Assembly (NCBI GenBank): GCA_965153455.1
Contig: OZ234494.1
Span: 9,920,001 to 9,984,000 of the forward strand
Reading direction: 5' to 3'
Source: Sphagnum compactum
Taxonomy: Eukaryota
Length of the DNA: 64,000 nt
Numbering within the stretch: the stretch's first letter is position 1; each line of letters opens with the position of its first letter. Made by a program: the position numbers and the translations under genes. This document shows, piece after piece, positions 26,730 through 37,904 of the stretch. Under the pieces are notes generated by a model that saw only the letters and a program-made list of their open reading frames with translations, did not search any database and was not told where the DNA came from.

Positions 26730-29393
26730 GCTGCTGCCGCTACTACTGCTTCTTGTACTAGTACTCCTTGTTCTAGTTTCCTCTGCAACCGCTGCGTAAC
26801 TTGCGTCTCTGTGGAAGTTCTCAAACTGTGATATCTACCAGTCTTGGCAAGAAAAAGGAAACGTTCTATTCTCATCACCAGATTCGTCCCAAGTGATGAA
26901 CAAGAAGGGCTTGCTTGCCTCCTCCGTGTGAGCAGGGTTGTTTCCTTCTCAATTTTGTGCTGTGGCTCAAGTGGCGATCATCCAGGAGTATGTTTAGCCA
27001 AATTTGGTGATATTAACAATATGAAATTATTATTTTTTAAATCACCCTTTCACATTGTAGGCAATCGTGGTGAAATATGGTGATTTCAGAAATTTTCCCC
27101 CTAACTCCGGTGACTTTGCCATGTTTTTTCCACACAAATCCTTTGTATCATTAGAACTGGAGTTTCTTTATAAGCACCCAGAAAAAAATTTAGGCTGAGA
27201 TTCCTTTTGTGGGTCCTCCTCAAATAATTGACATAACATAATTTCATGTTATGGAAACCAATTTGACGATCCCAAATGGGATGCCATCTCCACGTGAACA
27301 AAACCTCTCTGGGCTTAACTCTCTGAAAGATATATGACATTCATAATGGGTACGAAAGATGGGTGAGTAGTGAGTACCAAAGGAGCATAGTTTTTTAAGT
27401 AATGTCTAATCATTGAGCTCTATTGAAAATTTTAATTTTAGGGTTTTAAACTGCATGTGGAATCTTGTGATGAAGTGAACCACTCTACACAATCCAAGAT
27501 TTATTTGAAGATATTCAAAAAAAATTACAAAGAAATAATCTATAGTGCTTTTGTCGATGTGCTTATGTAATTACAAAGATGCAATGAGGTAGTAGAAGTC
27601 ACAATGCTCTATTTAATTACAAGTAAGTTTTGGAACACTAGTGATGTGAATTCCACAAGTTATCTTTACATATGTCAACTTTGATTTATGTGGAGAAAGT
27701 AAGCGAATTAAATATACCCTACTACCTTGCCAGCTTTGCCACTAATTATATTGATTCCAGAAATGTTGGAATTTTCAAACATACTTTTTTTCAAAGAACA
27801 AAATTTTGTGAAGGAAATATTGAATCTTCAAGAATATTCTATTTGTCAAAATGAAAATTTCAAAATTAATTAATTATTTGACAGATGTGTGTGTGGAAGC
27901 TGCCAAGGTACTACAGTATACAACAAGAAGTTGAACAGTAAACAAATTGATAACAAGAAGGAACAAAACAAAATGAAAGAACATGTAAACATGAATCCAA
28001 TTAATGTGGAAATGTGATGGAAAATGAAAGATATTAAATGATGGTAATTCTTTGCATCCAACAGTTTTCCAATTCATAAGCATTCAATATTAGACTTGAG
28101 TCTTTTAAGTAAAACAAAGTAAATTTATAATCTCACGTGGACAATTGAGAACTTTAGTTTACTAAAACTAATTGATTTGTTTTATTAGAATGTTGTGTAA
28201 TTTGATATGACAATAGTGATGCAAGGTTTGTCGACCAAGTATGATTGCATTTATTTTGCACTTGAAAGCCTTCCATCTTTTCTCAAAGGTGAACATCTTT
28301 TAGCTACGATGATGAAAGAAACATGGTTGCCCAATTATTTTGCAAATGTTTCAAATTATCAATTATGGATGACCACTTTCGGTTATTATGGGGAACATGT
28401 ATCACATCTTAGCCACAAACAATGTGGTTTCAAATGTTCCAAGGTAAATATGAAGTTGCAAAAGGAATGTATTATATCTAATGACCATTTTCCAAAATTG
28501 CCAATTGCAAGTTACAGATCTAAAGAAATGTTTTGATATTATGAATGAGATTGACAAAATATCATTTAAAGATTATCCTTTAATTAATAAACTTTTCACT
28601 ATTATTCCTTCACCAAATGTATCAATATTTTATACCTTTGGGTATTCATTGGATTTCATCCCCATGGATACCCCCATCAACAAGGTTTTTTGTCATCAAT
28701 AATTAGCCACCTTGAAAATCCATCACATTCGGTCTTCCAAACTCTGTTTTTCCAAAAACCGCATACCCAAAAGTGGATTTCCCAAATGCCTGAACACTAG
28801 GGGTCGGTTAACCTTGTGCACATTCATATTTTAAGATGTGTTGGGTGGGTATTTGATCTTTTAATAAGCATCAGTTCCAGTTCTTTTGTATTTCAGACTC
28901 AGAGAACAATCAGTTTGGTATTTGGGGGAAATCAGAATTAAAGAATTGTCAGTTCTAATTATTTCAAAACCCTCAAAGAACCATTCTGTTGCAAGAAAGA
29001 ACTGGTGGACTTGGGGGTGATCATCTGATTTTTTCCAAAAAAAATGAAAACTGTGAATATATATCAGGACTGGGTATTTGATTTTTCTGAGAACTGCGAT
29101 TATGAACCCTAAGAACCGCCCTGATACTCAAAGGGAGTTTGATGCAGTTTCTAAGACCTGCCCAACTTGGGATTTGAAGTTTGAACTTGCCGTAAAGGGC
29201 GAAGCCATTAGCGCATGAGTTGCTTGTTTGTTTAGGTCCAAACAACTACTCAGCCTGGATTTAATGGAGTAAAGGTTTTTAATTCCTTACATTTTTGTGC
29301 TAAATTTGGGAATTGGATTAGATCCCCAAAGTTCCCAATAACAAGACACACATTGCTCACATTGATCCCAAGGCCACATCCCCCAAACAAATG

Positions 29394-29470
29394 GCGACCT
29401 CCATTTAAGGACCACCATTTGGGGACCTCTATTTCACGACCTCCATTTAGGGACTTCCATTTGGGAACTT
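29394..29470 (+). repeat. Short degenerate tandem repeat
   Basis: About five ~14-nt GACCTCCATTT(A/G)GG-like units. Confidence 0.7.
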
Positions 29471-30679
29471 TCGTATTGTCTGTGATATGTCGGCTTCACC
29501 TTCTTGCGTTGTGTGGAAGAACTCTTGATAGATACAAGTCTCTTGTGATTGAGGGAAGCTATTTGATCTTTGGGTACATCAGAATTGTATTGTTGTAGTG
29601 TCGCTATAGATGCTACAGTTGCACTACTAAACAGTTTGTCATCATCACTCATTAGTTGGTTGCTACCAGCAATGGATTCCAACAGAGCTCATGGAATTTA
29701 GTGTCTCCTTGGTTTTGAAGAACGGATTCATAACCACTACAATTGGAGCTTCCACCTGCACTAAATTATGTCATTTTTGTAGGTGTGTTTCTCTTAATGA
29801 ATGATGATGATAATTTTGTTCCAACTGAAATGACTTGTGGCTGTGATGTAGAAGAATGTTTCAGTAACAAAAACAGATTCATCTATGCAATTGGCACCCA
29901 TATCTACCTACCTACCTAGTATATATCACAAGCATCACCTACATAGTAACCATTTACATTCCCTACCTAATTACCTACTATACTTACTACCGTCGTACCT
30001 TGGGGGCTTCAGCATAAATTTAAATGTTTTTTTAATTTGTTGAAATTTTGAAAAAGTTGTTTGAAATGTAAAAGTTTGATCTTTGGTCGTCTTAAGAGAA
30101 GATACTAAATAGGGGTCCACCTGATCATGAAAAAAATTCAATTTTTTTGAAATAAATGTACCTTACAATAACTTTATTTCTTATTTTGAAAAACTAACAA
30201 AATGAAGGTTACATACTAAATGAAACAAATATATTCGATTACAATACAAATTTAATTTTGAAACTTGGTCACCACCAAGTTAGTATTGAAAACCTTCAAA
30301 TTCAAAGAAGTTGCACAATTAATAAAATTCAAATTTCATAATAGGCAAATAAACTTTATTGAACATTTCATATAAAAGTGAACCCGGTGGCCACCAGGTT
30401 GTTAAACACAAAGGAGTTCACCAAGAGTTTTTATACAAAATTTGAAAATAATAAATAAGTTATCACAAATGAAAAATCCACAGTTTGAAAGCATTTTTTA
30501 AACTCCCGAAAGAACATTGGTTTCAACCTTAAAAATAAAATCAATCCTTTTTAGTATTAGAACTTTTGTGATTGTCCATCATCAAATATGCAATTACATA
30601 GGGACAATCTCAAAATAAGAAATTGTAATGGCAAACATCACTTTCTCCCTTTTAAAGCTACAAGTGAAGTTGCATAGTT

Positions 30680-30801
30680 TGTGAAGAACAATTAAGTCTT
30701 TTAGTTTGTATTATTGAAAACATACAACATTCATTATTACTGTGAAGAACAATTAAGTCTTTTAGTTTGTAGTATTGAAAACATACAACATTCATTATTA
30801 C
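30680..30801 (+). repeat. 61-bp tandem duplication
   Basis: 30680-30740 and 30741-30801 are identical except for one base. Confidence 0.95.
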
Positions 30802-31339
30802 AAAATGTGAGTGAAGTTCACTAATTTCTTATTCACCTAGACCAGTAAATTCATTGCATCCCCATTAAGTCTCACTACAACCAATGAATTCATTCAAAAT
30901 CACTGCAATTAGTGAATTCAATAAAAATCCAGTGAAATCACTTGACATATAGGGTTATAAAGTTACAACAACCAAAATGGACATTGAAAACAAATGAAAC
31001 AATTCAAAATGCATACCTAAAAGGGCTACGTATTTCAAGCATCACCATTATCATTGTTCATGTACTGCAAGAACCAAAAATATAACTTCGCAAAATAGAA
31101 CTCAAACACGGTTCAATCAGAATATTTCACCATAATGTCATGATGAACTCAAACTGTCCTTGTCACTGGTAATCCAATCAAAGCTAGCCATAAACGAAAT
31201 GACAAGTCCAATCATACTTTTTTTTTTAACAAAAGTTGTCACCTAAAGGCACTACTACAAAATGTGGGTGCAGTTCACTAGTACTCATTCACTAGACCGG
31301 TGAATTCACTCAAAATCCAATGAAATCACTTGGCGTACA

Positions 31340-31790
31340 AGGACACCTTTTGTTATAGTGAGGAGTCAAGGGAAAAACCACTCCACTTTGGATTTCGAAA
31401 CACCTTATTGGGTTCATCATCAATTAATAACATTTGGTCTTCCTTCCCATAAGGTATACCACAACAAGCGTAATGCACATGTTTCAAATCCTTTAAATAA
31501 TAATAAGACTCGGATGTAATTATGACAAAAGTCTTGGAACATTGTTCACATCCTTAAACAAAAACAAATCGATCCAAACAAATTTATAACATCAACATTC
31601 GAAGAACTTCTAGCACATCCTCAAAATTCATACAAAACCAAATTCCAATGTAGAAGTTTTTAAATGTCATGGAAAGGAAATGTTCCACTCCAATTCTTCC
31701 AAACATTCGAACATTCCCTTGTAGAATAACATAATGTGGGAAATAACACAACACACCATTCATGTTGAAAATTAACATTTTTCTCGGTCT
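31340..31790 (-). pseudogene. NIF/FCP1-like HAD phosphatase-domain remnant
   Basis: KMLIFNMNGVL...RIGVEHFLSMTFKNFYIGIW and, after disruptions, EDQMLLIDDEPNKVFRNPK. These resemble the NIF motifs LVLDLNGxL, RPGxxEFL..F.vgiWS and NTLLIDDSPYKAxxNP. Confidence 0.6.
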
Positions 31791-32289
31791 AGCAACCTAC
31801 AAACATAGACATTGACACATTCAAATGCCTTTGATGATTGGATCTTCCCCCAAGGAAAGATTGAACTACAACAACAACAACACAATGTGTTAGCGAAAAT
31901 GTGACAACTAGATACACTTAAAAATATCAATTGACTAGAAAATGACAAAATGTTCTACAATTGATAAAAAAATTGCCTTATGGACACCAAGCCATTGAAA
32001 TTAGCAAGGATGATAAAATTTAAACAATTGGCCAACATGTGACTAATACAATCAATAATATGAAATGCTTAAACATTGAAAGACAAAAGACATGGTGGCC
32101 ACAAAATATATATATTGAAGGAAGATTGTTTAAAACTTTTTTTGAAATAATATTTATAAACAAGAATGCATGCCCAGTAGATTTTTAGGATTTAGTTGCA
32201 ATTTCAACATAAAATTTGGTAGATATATGTCACAATAATCATTTAAAGAAATTACAATTAAAATGACAACAAATATATTACATTTTATT

Positions 32290-32640
32290 TTTTTCAATTT
32301 TGCCTTTTATATAGTATGTTGCTTCACGCCTATCATTACAACTCTCAAATAACATTTTGTAATCAAAATCAGTACAACTTATACTATTAATGCTCCCAAA
32401 AGGATTACATTTTACATAAGTTTGAACATTAAATCCAGACAAACCAAACAACACCAAGTAAGGAAATACAATTGTGAACAATTCATGAGATATATCATAA
32501 CAAAAATCACCAAATGATTGTAAAAATATGGCACTATAGGAATCATTAAATATGGATTTATATGGCACATGATCTATGAACAAAATGTAGTGCCAAGCAT
32601 ATGGGAAGACAACATAGTAAGAATTAATCCAGCTAATCCT
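32290..32640 (-). pseudogene. Second NIF/FCP1-like fragment (C-terminal part)
   Basis: ILFIDHVPYKSIFNDSYSAIFLQSF resembles TLLIDDSPYKALLNPxYSAIF. Confidence 0.55.
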
Positions 32641-34274
32641 CACCTTGTGGCCGCCATGCATATGTGATGACAACATAGGAGCAATTGATCCAACTAATCC
32701 TCGCCTTGCAACCACAATAATTAAATCTAGGAAGAACTCAATGCATAATTTAAAAGAGCAATTTGACCATGTTCAAGGAAAAAAAAAGATAAAATGAATT
32801 ACAAATAGATTTGTATTAGTTAAATTCACCATTTTTTTGCAATTTAAGAAACCTGAATCGCATTTTTACATACAAGTTGGTACATTAAAGGATCACATTC
32901 CAATTGATTTTTTTCCAATAAATTTATGTACATTAATGGACTACATCTACTCATCTCATTAATATTTACCCAAAGTTAACAATGATGATTTTTCATTATT
33001 TAAACTATAAAGGTTTCAAGGTTTCCACAAGTTCAATATCCCAAATTTTCTCACCAAGTTCTTCCCTGAGGTCGCATTCATTTCTAGTTCTATCTTCCAC
33101 GTTGACTGATGGGGTTATTGATGTGTGCACAACTAACAAATTCAAAGAGGGATGCATGTCATCATTAGCTTGCACATGAACCAAAATGGGTCCATCTCCT
33201 TCTTTTTTTTGAACCATTGGTTATTTTGCATTGAATATTTTTGTTTTTGGAAGCTCATTTTTTATTGTTGGACAGCTTAGTGGATTTTTTTATCTCTATT
33301 CACATAACTTCACTTGCTTTTTGTCAATTGGAGGCAAACATAGAGGAATTTTGTTACCCTTTCTATCGTCTTCTTTTATGTTTTCATCATCTTCTTCCCC
33401 TCCAAATTGATGTCATCACTTGTTTGAATGCCAATTAATGTCATACAGAAAACATTCTGACTCATGTCAGTTACCACATCTTGTGTCACCATTCCAAAAT
33501 ATATACAAAGACATACCGAAAAGATGATATTGCAATTATTCCTTTCAAGATCATGCAAGATGATCTTAAAAACCTTACATTTATTCTCTTATGTTTGTAA
33601 GAAGATCTAATATGAAAAACCATACAACTGAATTAACAAGAATATCAAAACTTTAAAAAACAAATGACTATGTTTTTCATCTTGGACTTACCATGCAAAG
33701 ATAGGTCACAACTCCACTGGCAAAAATGTTCATGCATACCATCTTGCTACTCAATGTTGGCTCCAAACTTCTTGATAATGCCTCTAGGTAGATCTCATTT
33801 CAATATAGTCAGTAGTTTTTAGAAAACATTGAAACTACGTTTTCAATGAATGACGATGGTTTCTTGCTCCCCAAAAAATCAGCCTAGACTAACTTCCCAA
33901 TCCTCCAAATGAATAGGTAGACATAAAAGAGGACATGTTTTGTCATTGTTAAAGAACTCAAAACCTTTACTCTTGCTGCCATGTATTGTCCAATTTTGAA
34001 TCTCAACTTGGTGACATAAATGGATTTCATGATGGTTGACAAGATAAACTTGAATGATTCACGATCACACAAATAGACCACTATCTTGAAAATAACCTTT
34101 AATTTGAGTAGCATATTTAGCAAGGACTCCCGATCTAGGCCTTTCCAAACAATAGACATCTTCTTTGTTGTGTGTGTGATCGAAATGACAATGAAAGTAT
34201 TCATGGCTTCATCTTGCAAAATTGATATCGATTCCCTTTTGTCAATTACATCCAAAAGTTCCACCATGTCATTG

Positions 34275-34822
34275 ACTATTAGCGAGGACGTCAAGTCGAA
34301 GGGTGGGACACGTGTCCGTGTGCACGCGGGTGCGGGATGGCCTCTCAGCCGGCCTCGCGAGCTCCCGCGCATCACATCTCATTAACAGTTGATCTTAGGC
34401 TTTCTAATCTCCAACGAAGTGATTATGCGATGCGATGTGATGCGATCGATCTGCCATGTCGCAGTGCGGATGAGAATCAAGGAACCCAATGATCTGCCTG
34501 CCTGTTGTCTGCCGGCCAAGAATTTTTTTAAAAAAATTTCAGGCCGCCTCCTCCCATCCCTCTTTGACGGACAGATTCCACGCTTTCGCATCCACACGGC
34601 CGCGCTGCCTTCTGAAGTGAAGCAAAGCGGGGAGAAGGGGGTTGGGGGTCCCACCGCCCTGCTGCTGCTGATGTTATTATTCAATTGATATAATCATCAA
34701 GGACCTGGGGTGATATTTGAAGGCGGGTTTTTCTTTTGCACTCTGTATGAACCTTCTTCCTGAGTTGTGAGTGAGCTGCGAAAGGATCCAGATATGAGTA
34801 AAGATTTGAACTCACAACTCTG
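34275..34822. repeat. Outer inverted-repeat arm (pairs with 42982-43583)
   Basis: Reverse complement aligns at high identity. ORFs 34389+/43116- and 34382-/43120+ translate almost identically. Confidence 0.95.
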
Positions 34823-35194
34823 GTCATATCTCCCCACATTTAACTAAACTTCTGCAGGAGGAGACTTAGCCAAATGGGTCACAAAGACTATCATCAGATC
34901 AGACTGAATCCCTGTTGATGCTTCTTTACAAGAAATGACACATCCTGTTAGTCAGTTAGGCTGTGAAGGTTTTTTTTATCATGATGAAGCTTACAACGCT
35001 CTGTTCTTCTCTGTTTTTCTTCTCTTCTGCAATTGTTGTCCATGGTTGTTCTGTTCACTACAGAACCTTCTCCAGCTATGTAGTACAATCAGCTGTTATT
35101 ACTGCCAAAGGGTTCTTAATGGTTAGGTAGACTCAGTGCTCATCTCCCAATGTGATTTAAGAATCTAAACTCAGTACATGAAGCATGGTGAGGA

Positions 35195-35453
35195 GGTCGA
35201 TCGGCACACCCAAAACGCGCATGGTGGCCGGAAGTGCCATAATCCCTACTCCAATGACAGTGGTTGCCAGATTGAACACTGAACTTCCAACATTGGCGAC
35301 TGTAGTATCCGGCAGCTGTTCAAGCCTCTCCTGTTTAACCAGTCTCTCTTCATCATCTGTTAAATGAGGGCTTTGAGGGAGCAGAGGAAGCTCATCAACT
35401 AGCACTTTGTGCATATTTTCAGAAATTTCAATCAAAGAGACACCTACTGCCAT
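35195..35453 (-). pseudogene. Truncated amino acid transporter (AAAP/AVT6-like) N-terminus, probably Helitron-captured
   Basis: DELPLLP...ANVGSSVFNLATTVIGVGIMALPATMRVLG matches the AVT6-type motif AVFNLSTTIVGAGIMALPATMKVLG. Similarity stops after TM1, and no further exons were seen. Confidence 0.75.
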
Positions 35454-36796
35454 GAGAGTTTTTTATCAGATTACTGCATCTGTCAGAAAGCAGGCTATGC
35501 AATTATCCTCATCCAGAACCAGCAGATTCACTCACAAAGAAATGGAACCATATGAAGAGGTCCTAGAGTCTGGCATTTTATTTGGGCATTGAGTCTAAAA
35601 TAATGGTGCCTGGAACTGATTTGGGAGGGATGGCAGGTGCAGGAACTTGGTGGCATTGGAGCACCAACATTTCAAGTTCTTGATCTTGAAGGCAAATCTG
35701 TTGCCATTTTATGGGGCCAAGATCGGCTGAACATTGTTGCTGATCTTCTTTGTGGCTGGCGCCCTAGGCTCGGTTGCAGATCACTGGGTCCACATGCTTC
35801 CACAACTTCTAAACTCTTCTCCAAGTCAAAACTTTGATATTATTTAAATAATCATGGTAAGTTGTCATTTGCATTGCAGCAACACAAGGTCCTGTTGGAT
35901 CCAAGTAACAGTCAAGTTGGTGTCTTTGGTGAGATTGGACTCCTCGAGAGGGAAGGGGTGACGATGTTACACTTAAGGTGTAAAGAACCCTCCCCCCTCC
36001 TAATTTACTGCTCCTGATTTATCATACTCTTTAACAAATTCAGCATTAATTAAATTATTTTCAAATTAATTAAAATTTGAAAAAAGTAATTACCAAGAAT
36101 GCCAAAATCAACAAAAAAAAGTTTCTGGGGGTCAGATTTGGGATTTGAGAACTCAGGTCTATGGGGGCCAAACACCCATCACACACAGTTTAGACAAACT
36201 AGGATTGCTATATAGTCGTTACAGTTTGGTGTCTCTTGCTAATGATATTATCTATACTAAAATTTTCAAAAATCCAGAGCCAACGTTTAAGATTCTAATT
36301 ATTTGGTAAACATTTGCTGAATCCGTTCAGGGACTATGATATATATGTTCAAGTTCCCGATAATGCTTTTCTCATGCTTTAACTATGGGTAGAGCACATG
36401 AGTTGAGAACATTTGCAAAATGTGAGCCCAAACTTGGCTATTGTGTCGTTCTAGGTCCCTTACTTTTGGAAATGCCTTCACCCACTATATAGTCCAACAC
36501 CTATCCAGTCCAATACTACACAATAAGTTAATCACATTCAAATGAGAGAAGATGGATTTTGATAAGTCCATACAATACTGCTTTGAAATAGTCTCTCTCT
36601 CTCTCACACACTTTCTATTCTTCTCTATTGTGATCTTTGCAGGAATCAACAACACCTTGAGCAAATAAGTAAGTACAAACTAATAAGCCATGGACTTTCA
36701 TTTCCTCCGCCACCCCGGGGATTGATTTTGGCTCACATTTTGACACCAGTAGCGCTGCCTGCATAATTCTTCAGTTGATGTAGCTAGACTTCAACA

Positions 36797-37856
36797 ATGT
36801 CCACACACACGGCACCAACACAGAAGAGTGCAGGAGAAACCCCCCCCGCCCCCAAGATGCTCGAAGACATACAAGAACGTATGCGTGCACTCATTGCGCA
36901 ACATGGTAGTGTTTTGGCTGCTTTGACGGCCCTTCGACAGCACCTAGAAGCTCAACAGAATGACGAGCAAACTGACTCTTTGGAAAATCATGTTCCACAT
37001 ATTGATGTTCCAGCAGAATTCAATCAAGGCACGTCATAATCTGCACGTGAACGTCACAATCGCCTGCAGAGAGAACGTCATGCTAAGCAACGTGAACAAC
37101 CTTCTCTTCGCAATGACGCATTACAATTGTTTGGAGACGAAGATGCATCAGCCCCGGGACGATGGGATTGTGGAGAAATGGACACAATATGTGGATTCTG
37201 CAGCGCAAAAATGTGGATCAAAGAACGATCGGCAAAGTCGAGGAAGAACAACCCACAATTTTCTCTATGTTGCGAGAATGGCAAAGTTCTGTTGCCGAAT
37301 CTTCCTGCAACACCGCAAGAGCTGGAAGTTCTTTTAACCAGCAAAGAGAGCAGTGCCGTCAAATTTCGAGATCAGATTCGCATGTACAATTCGGTGTTGA
37401 CATTCACTTCGCTCGGTGCCAAAGTTGATGAGTCGGTAACAGGAGGCCCTGGACCATACTCCTTTCGCATTCAAGGTGAACTTTATCACAAAATCGGATC
37501 CCTATGTCCTGCCGAAGGACAACAGCCACAATTTGCACAACTGTACATTCATGATACGAAACGCGAACGTCAAAACCGCCATGCCGTTATGCCCTCGCTT
37601 GATCCAACGACTTTGGATCGGTTGTTGACCATGATGTACAATATCAATCCCTATGTCAAAGTGTAATGGCAAGGGATATGATGGCAACAGAAGGTGCTCC
37701 CATGGATCTGAAATTGCGTCTCATTGCGTCTCGAACAAAGGATGCCCGCCGATACAATGTGCCAACGGCCGATGAAGTCGCTGCATTGATGGTAGGAGAT
37801 AGTTCTAAGGTTGTAGACAGACGTGACGTCGTCTTTCTCAGCAAGCTGGCCCGTTT
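36797..37856 (+). pseudogene. Helitron Rep/Helicase N-terminal segment (Zn-finger-like CGFC...CC region), sense copy
   Basis: ORF 36797-37039 continues in frame past a TAA into ...LFGDEDASAPGRWDCGEMDTICGFC...FRDQIRMYNS..FTSLG..GPYSFRIQGELYHKIGSL..FAQLYIHD. A 4-bp deletion lies at ~37664, and the copy ends at 37856. Confidence 0.9.
37040..37856. repeat. Inner inverted-repeat arm (pairs with 41372-42193)
   Basis: 817 vs 822 bp reverse-complement match with about 15 substitutions and two small indels (counted by eye). Confidence 0.97.
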
Positions 37857-37904
37857 GCGATCACAATCAACAAGAGTCAAGGTCAGACATTCAACATACA
37901 GCTG

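Larger units (their letters stand above)
36251..37856 (+). mobile_element. 5' part of an autonomous-type Helitron (5' terminus, leader, Rep N-terminus)
   Basis: A|TCTATACTAAA at 36251 is a typical Helitron 5' end. TATA-like CTATATAG at 36485, candidate leader intron GTAAGT 36669...TTCAG 36774, then ATG at 36797. Confidence 0.65.

Noticed and set aside
27400-28700. Fragmented + strand ORFs (27672, 28207, 28481)
   Set aside because: Looks like a decayed mobile-element gene, but no motif could be assigned with confidence.
34382-34688. ~100-aa ORFs duplicated at 43116-43398
   Set aside because: They are translations of the Helitron subterminal inverted repeat, open on both strands, with no recognisable domain.
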